NCBI GenBank assembly: GCA_045533335.1
Contig: JAZSHQ010000021.1
Span: forward strand, 2,648-66,647
Direction of reading: 5' to 3'
From: Eubacteriales bacterium
Lineage (GTDB): Bacteria > Bacillota > Clostridia > Oscillospirales > CAG-382
Length of the DNA stretch: 64,000 nt
Shown here: positions 1-9,100 of the stretch, in pieces
How positions within the stretch are numbered: the first letter of the stretch is position 1
How the letters are laid out: each line of letters starts with the position of its first letter
The notes under the pieces: model-generated
Told to the model about the DNA's origin: nothing
Seen by the model: only the letters and a program-made list of their open reading frames with translations
Databases searched by the model: none
Program-made: the position numbers and the translations under genes

Positions 1-846
1 CGAAGGGATTTGACGGTAGGAAATATAAAGAGAATTCACATAGAAATTTTCTACGATTGCTTATCTGACGATGGATTATCTCCAAATTCAATTATAAGAT
101 ATCACGCGATAATGCGCAAAGCATTTAACCAAGCATTTAAAGATGAAGTTATCCTAAGCAATCCTTTTGATAAAGTGGACAGACCTCGCAAAAAGAGGTT
201 TATTGCCGATAACTATACCGAAAAGGAATGGAAACAAATATTAGAGATTACAAAAAACGATCCTATCTATCCCGCGATAGTATTAGCCGCATGTATGGGA
301 TTAAGAAGAAGCGAGGTATTGGGTGTGAGATGGTCGAGAATCAATTGGGATGATAACTCAATTCTCTTGGACACTAAAATTGCCGAATTTGATGAGCAAG
401 GTAAAAGAGTTATATCTGCTGTTGAAGAAATGAAAACCGAATCAAGTAGAAGAAAGCTCTATATGCCGCCTATGGTAGTCGATATGTTGAAGAATGAAAA
501 AGAAAAGCAAGAATTATATCGTGCTATGTTCAAAAGCGGATATTCGAAAGACTTTGAGGATTACGTATGTGTAAATCAATTGGGTGAGCTCTTAAAACCA
601 TCCTATGTAACAGGGCATTTTGCTACGTTATTGAAAAAGCACGGAATGCGACATATTCGTTTTCACGACTTACGCCATACCTTTGCGAGCATACTTATAA
701 ATAATCAAGTGCCTTTAATAAACGTATCTAATTTTCTTGGGCATTCTGATATATCAACCACGGCGAATATTTACTCGCATCTTGATATGAAAAGTATAAA
801 AAATGTTAGTGATGTAATTACTGCTGTTTTCGAGGGAGAGCTATGA
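1..846 (+). CDS. Tyrosine recombinase / phage-type integrase, 5'-truncated by the window edge
   Basis: The frame is open back to base 1 (the ORF track starts at TTG 10). Catalytic residues are readable: GLRRSEVLG (Arg), HDLRHTFAS (H-x-x-R), GHSDISTTANIYSH (His..Tyr nucleophile). Confidence 0.85.
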   Translation, partial: RRDLTVGNIKRIHIEIFYDCLSDDGLSPNSIIRYHAIMRKAFNQAFKDEVILSNPFDKVDRPRKKRFIADNYTEKEWKQILEITKNDPIYPAIVLAACMGLRRSEVLGVRWSRINWDDNSILLDTKIAEFDEQGKRVISAVEEMKTESSRRKLYMPPMVVDMLKNEKEKQELYRAMFKSGYSKDFEDYVCVNQLGELLKPSYVTGHFATLLKKHGMRHIRFHDLRHTFASILINNQVPLINVSNFLGHSDISTTANIYSHLDMKSIKNVSDVITAVFEGEL

Positions 847-1406
847 AAGTGAAACAAAAAAGTAATAAAGCATATTTAAGCGGTGAAGAACTGGCGAAAT
901 ATCTGCATATTTCAAAGAAAAAGATGAGATATCTATTAGAAAACAGATATATACCTGCGATAGATACGGGAAAGAAAACACATAGATATCAAATCGAAAA
1001 GAAGCATGCGCAAAAACTAAAGAAGCTTTTAGAACAAACCTATGTAACGCTTGCGTTAAAGGGAAAATTCGGCAGAATACCGCCTAAGGTGTCGATAGAG
1101 CCAACAGACGCTAACAGTATAAAATTCGGAGAATTTCTAACAAATAGGTGGAAAAACGAACCAGATGCCTTATATATACGAAGGGCATCGGAATTGACCG
1201 GTTTTGCTCGTCAGCGATTGGGTGAACTCTGTAATAAAGAAAAAATTCAATACGTAAAAGTGGGGCGACGGTTTGTATTGGTTAAGATAAGCTTTATCGA
1301 GTTTTGTTCTTCAAAAGAAATGTTATCTAAGATTCAAATCACTCCTGCGTTTCGAAAGCTTGCGAGTGATTTTTTGAAGACCACAAATGAAGAAAAATCA
1401 GATTAG
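843..1406 (+). CDS. Excisionase/MerR-like helix-turn-helix DNA-binding protein (putative Xis)
   Basis: ATGA overlap with the integrase stop. Two HTH-like stretches (LSGEELAKYLHISKKKMRYLLENRYIP; RRASELTGFARQRLGELCNKEKIQYVKVGRRFVL) resemble excisionase-family DNA binders. The gene sits beside the integrase. Confidence 0.55.
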   Translation: MKVKQKSNKAYLSGEELAKYLHISKKKMRYLLENRYIPAIDTGKKTHRYQIEKKHAQKLKKLLEQTYVTLALKGKFGRIPPKVSIEPTDANSIKFGEFLTNRWKNEPDALYIRRASELTGFARQRLGELCNKEKIQYVKVGRRFVLVKISFIEFCSSKEMLSKIQITPAFRKLASDFLKTTNEEKSD

Positions 1407-1413
1407 AGCTGTT

Positions 1414-1651
1414 GTTAGAATTGCTGTTTTTATTAGAACTCAAATTCCAAAAAAGTCAGAGATTTCAAGGGTTTTCGCTGTTAGAACTTCCAAAGTAACG
1501 ATATGTTTTTTGGTGATTGATCTATGACCGAATAACATGATTTTTTGAATCAGGTAAAATTCTAATAGATTTGATAGTATTACTTAATATAAATACCCCA
1601 AATCGATTGTGCCGCAAGGAGTTTCAAATGTGCGGTTCTAATTTTAGAATT
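1414..1651. repeat. Dispersed (G/A/T)TTAGAA(T/C)T repeats, candidate integrase arm-type sites
   Basis: GTTAGAATT 1414-1422, ATTAGAACT 1432-1440, GTTAGAACT 1480-1488 (the first and third are preceded by GCTGTT), TTTAGAATT 1643-1651. They lie between int/xis and the tRNA. The function is inferred only. Confidence 0.35.
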
Positions 1652-1699
1652 GATTTTTTATGTGTCGAAAAACTATCGTTCATGACCGAAACAAAAGAG

Positions 1700-1734
1700 A
1701 AAACCCTTGAAAACGTAGTGTTTTCAAGGGTTTT
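1700..1734 (-). terminator. Hairpin terminator directly 3' of tRNA-Ser
   Basis: Perfect 15-bp inverted repeat AAAACCCTTGAAAAC (1700-1714) / GTTTTCAAGGGTTTT (1720-1734) with a 5-nt loop. On the minus strand it is followed by CTCTTTTGTTT. Confidence 0.7.
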
Positions 1735-1823
1735 TGGCGCAGAGGGAGGGATTCGAACCCTCGTGTGGTTTCCCACAAACTGATTTCGAGTCAGCCCCGT
1801 TATGACCGCTTCGATACCTCTGC
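1735..1823 (-). tRNA. tRNA-Ser (anticodon CGA), class II, CCA encoded
   Basis: Read on the minus strand: acceptor GCAGAGG/CCTCTGC, anticodon loop CU-CGA-AA, long variable arm TTGTGGGAAACCACAC, T arm GAGGG-TTCGAAT-CCCTC, discriminator G plus CCA. Confidence 0.9.
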
Positions 1824-1878
1824 ATAGTTTATAGAATATTGAGTTGTAATTAAAATTTGGTAAACAATGCGGGTCTAC

Positions 1879-2022
1879 GCCCCGTTATGTCCGGTTTGCG
1901 GTGCCCGAAATTTTCTGTTCGCAAATCGCTCACAAAATTTCGACCGCTGCACGACGTCATCCTCGCTGTATCTGCCACAGGCAGCGCTCGGCTTCCGTCC
2001 CGCTTCGATACCTCTGCATAGT
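1879..2022 (-). pseudogene. Partial tRNA-Ser 5' copy (leader + nt 1-18 and nt ~19-33) split at the D-loop GG by a 106-nt insert
   Basis: 2000-2022 is 23/23 identical to 1806-1828 (tRNA 5' end plus leader ACTAT). 1879-1893 is 14/15 identical to 1794-1808. The two pieces are separated by 1894-1999 and each side carries CCG. No anticodon, T arm or 3' acceptor is present. Confidence 0.8.
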
Positions 2023-2235
2023 ATATAAGATATAGAGATGTTTTTTATAACGCACGGCGAATCACGCCGCGAGCACTATTGTATCACGGAAAAAGGTTTT
2101 TTGCAACAGTTTTTTGAAAAAATGTTTTAAAAATAGCGCGGTTGGGTGTCGATAATGCTTGATTTTGATTTTTTTGTATGTTAAACTTTAATTGTAAAGA
2201 GGCGATTACGTGTTTTTTTCGAAAGGTGATGCGGA

Positions 2236-2544
2236 ATGTGGCTTAAAATTCAAAAAATCTTGCGTTTTATCCCCGGAGTCAACCTTATAACTATGGTTGC
2301 GTGGTTTGTCGCGGGCGGAAAAAAGAAGCTTGGGTCGTATTATTTTGTGAAGAATATTGTAATAATGTTTGCCCTTGCGGCAATCGTTGTTATGATTGGG
2401 CGCGGAATTGCCACCTTTACCTCGAACATAGTGTATTCCAACGTAATGTTTTACCTTTCGTTGGTCGTATATTCCTATATTGTCGCCTTTATTTCGGTGA
2501 ACGAGCAGGAAAACATTATAAACGGAAAATACGACGCCGCTTAA
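2236..2544 (+). CDS. Small hypothetical membrane protein
   Basis: AAAGGTGA RBS about 8 nt upstream of the ATG. Two or three hydrophobic spans (ITMVAWFVAG, IVIMFALAAIVVMIG, VMFYLSLVVYSYIVAFISV). Followed by the 2625-2652 terminator. No recognisable family. Confidence 0.45.
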   Translation: MWLKIQKILRFIPGVNLITMVAWFVAGGKKKLGSYYFVKNIVIMFALAAIVVMIGRGIATFTSNIVYSNVMFYLSLVVYSYIVAFISVNEQENIINGKYDAA

Positions 2545-2624
2545 CACGCAGGAGGAACAAAAATAAAAACGCTATGAGCTGACGGCAGTATGGGCTGGCA
2601 AGATTGACTATAACATGGTAAAAA

Positions 2625-2652
2625 AGCTGTGTGGGTTAAAACTCACACAGCT
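2625..2652. terminator. Bidirectional hairpin terminator between convergent genes
   Basis: AGCTGTGTG (2625-2633) pairs with CACACAGCT (2644-2652). A-run upstream and T-run downstream. Confidence 0.65.
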
Positions 2653-2653
2653 T

Positions 2654-3058
2654 TTAATATTCCTCGCAATAGATCGAAACCGCAATAGCAAGCATACCGC
2701 CGTTGAATTCCTTTGCCTCCATATAGCAAAATACATCCAGCCCGCGCGAGATAAGCATATTCGGCAGGATCGAACACGAAAAAGGAAGCGAGCCTATTGC
2801 GGTACCGTCGGAACGCGTGGCTTCGAGCGTGGGGTTGAGCGACTTTTCGTTTCCGCGCACGAGCGAAAGCCTTTCGCCGAAGGTAAGGCTTTCGAAAAGC
2901 TCGCCCACCGAATCGCAAAGAAAAGAGCCTTGCAATTCACAAACGCCGATAAACGCACCCTTGTGCGGTGCAAGCTTTTTGAACAAATCGTGCACAAGCT
3001 CGCGATGGTCGGCAAGCAATTTTACAGTTATGGGATACAGCGACTTATCGATCTTCAT
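2654..3058 (-). CDS. Hypothetical protein, possibly HIRAN-like
   Basis: The track ORF (2654..3250) overlaps the 3' end of the giant gene. The internal ATG at 3058 (MKIDKSLYPI...) removes the overlap. The segment ERLSLVRGNEKSLNPTLEATRSDGTAIGSLP loosely resembles HIRAN domains, which is weak evidence. Confidence 0.4.
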   Translation of the reverse strand: MKIDKSLYPITVKLLADHRELVHDLFKKLAPHKGAFIGVCELQGSFLCDSVGELFESLTFGERLSLVRGNEKSLNPTLEATRSDGTAIGSLPFSCSILPNMLISRGLDVFCYMEAKEFNGGMLAIAVSIYCEEY

Positions 3059-3101
3059 TACGCACCTCGTAATGAGATTATAGCATCGATTTTGCGCTGT
3101 G

Positions 3102-6100
3102 TCAATCGTTAAGCGGGAGCATAAGCTTATGATTTCCGTCTGAAAGCGAAAGCGGGAAGGTTGCTTTGTTGCCGTCCAACTCCGCATATTCGGTTTCGCG
3201 CGCGGCCACAACGTGGATATGGGCGTTGCCGAGAGTGATATCGCACTCAAAGGCGATTACGGGCGAAGCGTCGAGCAGGGTTTGGTTTGCACCGAGCTTT
3301 AAGCCGAGGACCTGCTCGAGCATAATGCGGTAATACCACGAAGCCGCACCCGTATACCAGCTCCAACCGCCGCGTCCCGCAAAATCGCCGCCGTATATAT
3401 CCGCCGCAACGGCGTACGGCTCGGTTTTATAGCGCGAAGCCAGCTCCTTGTCGGCAGAGCGCGAAGCGGGGTTGGCGCAATCAAGAATAAGCAAGGCCTC
3501 CTCGGTCATTCCGCATTTCAAAAACCCAAGCGCGCCCCACAGCGCACCGTGGGTATATTGCCCGCCGTTTTCACGGATGCCCGCAACGTAGCCGCGTATA
3601 TAGCCAACGCGCGCATTGCCGTTGGTAAAGGGCGGCGAAAACAGCGAAAATATTCTGTTTTTGCGGTCATACAGCTTGGAAAATGCCGTATTTAGCGCGG
3701 TTTTTGTGCGTTCGGGGTCAAGCCCCGCGAGCGCGGCAAAGGCTTGCGACAGTATATCGATTTCGCATTCGCCGCAACCGTCGATACCCAATATTTTGCC
3801 GTCATCGCAGAATGCGCGCGCGTATCGGTCGCCGAAAAAGGCTTTTTCCTCGAGGTTTTTCTTAAAGCGTTCGATGCTTTCGCGGTAGTGTCGCGCCGTG
3901 TCCTTGTCCCCGCGGGAATCTATAAACGGCAAAAAGGCTGTTGCCGCGATAATAAACAGCATTGTCGAAAATACGCTTTCGCCGACCCCTTTCGCGCCGA
4001 CGAGTGAAAATGCATCGTTCCAATCGCAGGAGCCCATAAGAATAAGACCGTTTTTGCCGACACGCTCGGCGCAGGCGAGCGCGCGCAAACAATGGTGGTA
4101 AATGCTTTCTTTAATTTCGCTTCTTTCAGGGAGCTCGTAACGCTCGTTTTGCTTTCCGAGCGGGGGCGAGGTGAGATAATGCACCTCGATATCCAAAAGC
4201 GAGAAGTCGCCCGTTTTTTCGATATAATCGGCAATAACTATCGGCAGATAAAGCAGGTCGTCGGAGCATTTGCTTTTTATTCCGCTGTTAACGCGGTTTT
4301 GAACACGCGTGTGCCACCAATGCATAACGCTTCCGTCGAGATACTGATGAGCGCAACAACGGATAAGGTGTGTTCGCACGGTGCGGGGCGACGAATATAT
4401 AAGCGTAAGGCAATCCTGAAGCTGGTCGCGAAAGCCATAGGCACCGCCGCTTTGGTAAAACGAGCCGCGCGCATAAAAACGGCAGGCGGCAACCTGATAG
4501 GGAAGAAAGAAATTGAACATAAGGTTTTGCGCTTTGCTTTTTGTGGTCAGCTTTATTTTTGGAATAAAGGAATCGGCAAACGCCGCCGCTTCGGCAAGCG
4601 TCGAATCGAAAAAGGCGGTGTTAACGCGTGCGCAAATATTTTTTGCACCGCCTTCGGTCGTGCAGGCACCGATAAAAAAGAGCGTGCTGTTGCCGATATG
4701 AGAAAGACATTTTCTTTCTGCGTCGGCGGCACCGTTGCAAACACCCACAAAGCCGCGCCCCTCGGGGAAGGTAATACCGAAGCTGTTTTTGAACATAAGA
4801 CAGCTGTTTCCCGAAACGGCGGTTTGCATAATTTCGATACCGCTTTGCGGTGCAACGCCGTTGCCCATAACCAGCTCGATACAAAACCGCGTTTCGATAT
4901 CGCCTGCGGCGTATTCCACACGCATAAGCTTTATCGGGAATTTAGGATGGACGGTAACGGTAAGCGTGTAATCTGTTCCGTTTACGCTTCCGCAATAGAC
5001 CGCTTTGCCCGCTTCAAACCGCACGCTTTGCGAAATTGCGCAAAGGTCGTAGCGTTTGCCGTTGATAATCGCAAATATGCGTTCTCCGTTATCGAGCGAG
5101 CGCGCGTCGCCGTAAAACGAGCAAAGCCTGCGTTCGCGCGCGTTGTCGTAAAAGGTATAGCCGAGGCTCGATTGCGTAACGATGGTCGAAAACCTTTTTC
5201 CGGTAAGAACGAAGGAATAGGGCGCGTCGGGGAGCGTGCTTTTATCGACGGTAAAGCTTTTTTCGGTAAAAAAGCCGTAATTCGTTTTTAAAGCGCCGTT
5301 TGGCATAGTGAGCGCGCGGGTGACCGTCGGGCACGCGATTATCTCCTCGCCAAACGCGGTCAGCGGTTTATTGCTTTTGCGGTTTGATGAAAAATCGTAA
5401 TAAAAATCCGCTTTGCCTTTAAGCGCGGCAATAAATTCCTTGTCGGTTTCGCTTTCGCGCAGAATAAATATTCCGCCGTTCGCGCCTAAATACTGCGTTA
5501 GTCTGTTTGCGGCGCAACGCTCGCGCAGGGCCTTTTCGACAGGTCGGTTGTAGCCGTCGCTGTCCGAAACGATAAATATAAGCTCACAGCGTATGCAGGC
5601 GCGCACAAGTGCAACGTAGGCGTTCAATATCGCGTCGGTGCGGCTTATTGCCGTTTCGGAAATATGCACCAGCACTATCGGGTGGTCACCCGATATACCG
5701 CGCGCCCAAAGGTCGTTTATGCTGTATTTTGAAAGGGTATCGACCTTTTTGCCGCCCGAACGGTAAAGAATAGCGGGAAGCATTTTATCGAGCATTTCGC
5801 TTTGCAGTGAAAATCCGTATTCGCTTTTATCGGCGCGTGCAAGGCGAATGTTTTTTTCGCATTCGCTTTTGGTTTCGCCGCAGGCGATAAGAAAAACGGC
5901 ACGGCCGCCTTCTGCATTTTGGGCGCGAATAAGGCAAAGCGGGTCTATGCAAGCTCCCGTTTTGTTATCTGTTTCGAGCATTGCGTAATCGAAAACGTTT
6001 GTGACCGAGCTTGCCTTTAACGATTCGCGGCTCGTGATAAAGGAAATATCGGTATCTTTTTCGCGCGGGGCAACAGCGAGGGTAAAAATATGCCTGCCGT

Positions 6101-9100
6101 CAAGCCCGCTTCTTCGGTGGAAATAAAGTATACGCTTTTGCTTATCGTATTCGCTTTCGATAAAAAGGCGCGAAAAGGAGATATGCGAAAGATATTTTTT
6201 CGCACTTTCGAGCACCGGCTCAAAAGCAAGCGTTACCGAATATTTTTTGTTTGCCTCGGCGCGGGTGCTTATTATAAAGCAGGAGCAGTTTTTTGCCAAG
6301 GAATAGCGCACTCGCCCCGAAAACTCCTTGTTCGAAACGATATGCGACGCCCGCCCGTCGCCGCGTTCGAAGCCGTAGCTCCCTTCGCCGTATAGCGGAG
6401 CACATCCGAAATGGCGGTTTCCTCTTGTAAACACGACCGACGGCGAAAAGCGCATGGAAAATTGCGAAAATTCGGTATGGGCAAGCATTCTTTCGCCGCA
6501 GGTAAAACCGATATGACCGCTGCTCGTTATTACCGCGCTTAAGTCGCCGCGGGTGAGCAACGCCGCCAACGGGTCGAGCACCGACGAATTTTCGGTACGC
6601 ACACCGCGCGCGGCGGGGATATGGCTTTCGCGAGCCTCTCTGCCGAAAATTTTTTCGAAAATATGCGCGCCCGTGGGGATTTTTTCCTGCAAAAGCTCGC
6701 TGGCGGCAGACATACTTCTGTCGGACATAAATCGCTTTACAAAAACATTATCGTTTGTTGCGTTCATAACCGCAATAATGCTCATTCCGATATGGTGCGC
6801 CATATAGCTTTTAACGCATATCCCGCCGGAATCTCGATTTAAATCAAGCGCTTCGTAAAGACCGTATCTGCCGTACATCCCGCGGTTTTCAAAGGCTTTA
6901 AGGTTTTTTATTGCCGAATTGCCGAGCAGGCACAGCGAAAGATAGGTCGAATAGGGCGAAATCGTTTTTTCGTCCTGCGCTATGCGTCGCAAGGCAAGCG
7001 TCTGTATGCCGTTTGCCTTATATTGATAATGCATTTCGCTGTCGAACGAATAAAAGCCGCTTTCGCTAATGCCCCAAGGCTCGCATTCCGCGCGCTGAAG
7101 CATAAGCGAAAAGGCAATGCTTTCGTACATAAACGAATCGCGGTACAGCGGCAGAAACAGCTGGGGCATAAGGTATTCGAAAGCCGTGCCCGACCAGCTC
7201 ATCATACCGATATAGCCCTTGCTGTGGGTGAGCGTGCGGTTAAGCGAGCTCCAATGCTTTTTCGGCACCGCGTGCTTTGCGACCGCGTAATAGGCGGTCA
7301 TTCGCGCCTCGCTCATAAGCATATCGTAACAGCTTTTATCGCGTTCTCCGCTTTCGCCGTTTACGCCTATGCGGAACAGATTTTTGCGTTCGTCGTAAAA
7401 TACAGTGAGGTCGGTTTCGGTAATAATCGCTTCGATGCTTTTTATAAGCGGCTCGGTTTGCTCATCCTCGTCCGCATATTCGCGCAGACCCTCCTTAAGT
7501 GCGATGAGCATAACAAGAAAATTACCGCTGTCCACCGCCGAAACGTAGCCGTCGCCAATAACCGAAAGGCTTTTTATATCGTACCAATTATATAAATTGC
7601 CGTTGTATTTTTTAAGCTTTTCTATAACCCGAATACTTTCTGTAAGGCGCGTTCGAAGCGTTTGAGTGTCTATATCGCCGTTATCGCGTGCGGCAAGCAG
7701 GGAAATAAGGTAAAACCCGATATTCGTCGGGGAGGTGCGGTAGGCGGTATCGTACACCGGCGACATTTGAATATTGTCGGGCGGCAGGTGGTTGGTGGTG
7801 GAGTTGACGTTTTCAAGATAGAACTTTACCATATCCGAAGCCTGCGCCGAAAGCAGCTTTTTTTGTTTTTCGCTAAGATTGGGCTTTGCCTCTATTCCGC
7901 CGCCGAGCGGGCGCGAAAGCGAAAGTGCAACAAGCGGATAAACGAAATAAAGCAGCCCTGCAAGCCGAATAAACGGTGGGTATGCGAAGGCGAGCAAAGC
8001 AAGCCCGACCGCCGCCGAGGGCGCGCCGTCGAGCACGTATTTGCCAAGCGAGGAGGAAAGCTTTTCGGTTTGTGCGGCGGTGGTCCATTCGAGCGTCTTT
8101 TTACGGGTGTATAGCCTTATGCAGGCAAGCGCAAGCGCGTGCAAGGCAAGCAAGGCGCGACGTGCACTCGAGGATATTTCGAAGGACAGACGCATAAGCG
8201 TTTGTGCGAGCATCGAATATGCTTTCGAAAAGAAGCGAAGAGATGCAAACGGCGTACCGCTCAAGAAAAAGCATATAATCGCAAGCGCAGAAGGAAGCAG
8301 AGATTCGGAATATGCGAGCAGAAACAGCGCAAGTCCAAACCCCTTTGAAAACGCCGAAAACAGCACCGCGAGCAGAGAACACAGCGGCGATAAATGTCGA
8401 AGCGCGACAAGAAGCAACCGCCATTTTGAAAAAGCGTCCAATCTGTTTCCGAAAAGGAAATAAAGGTTTTGAAAATCGCCGCGCATCCAACGGTGCTGGC
8501 GTCGGAAAAACGAAACCGTGTTTGCGGGGGTGGAATCGGTAAATGTTATATCGGTTGCGGCAAGCGTTCGCATAATGCTTCCCTCGATAATATCGTGGCT
8601 CAAAACGAGGCCTTCGGGCAGCTTGCCGTTAACTGTTTTATCGAACAGCTCAACGTTTATAAGCCCTTTCCCGCAAAAGCTTCCGGTCCCGAAAAGCGTT
8701 TGCCTGCGCGAAAATTCGGCGTTTGAGTATGCGTCGGCTCCGCCCGTGCCCGAAATAAGACGCGAAAACGAGGTTTTGTACGCACTTTTAAGCGAGGTAT
8801 GCACCGACGGTTGAATGATTCCATAGCCGCGTACCGCTTTGCCGTTTTCGGTTTGCGGAGCATTTACGGGGTGAAGCGCGATAGATAAAAGCTCGTTCAC
8901 GCCCGAAAGCGAAAGGTTTGTATCGGAATCGAGGGTTAAAAGATATTTTATATCTCTTATAAAATCGCCTCCGTAATATTCGCTTTTTCCGCCGTGCACG
9001 ATATGGGTAACCAGCTCGCACACCGCCCCGCGCTTTCTTTCCCAACCGCCGTATCTGCCCTCGCTTTCATTCATCACGCGTTCGCGCAGAAAAAGGCAAA

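Noticed and set aside
2654-3250. The full 198-aa ORF as listed, and likewise the extended N-termini of 22793..24328, 27664..28410, 38173..40218, 40241..40777, 46586..47938, 52204..53502 and 53549..55987.
   Set aside because: The extensions overlap upstream genes or lack an RBS. Internal starts with good RBSs and family-typical N-termini are more plausible, and the coordinates in the feature list are adjusted accordingly.
4092-5291. A 399-aa plus-strand ORF, together with many other 60-190-aa ORFs on both strands inside 3102-10148.
   Set aside because: They lie entirely within or antisense to the 2348-aa gene. Their composition is Arg/Ala/Gly-rich and low in complexity, which is typical of shadow ORFs in GC-rich coding DNA, and they carry no motifs.
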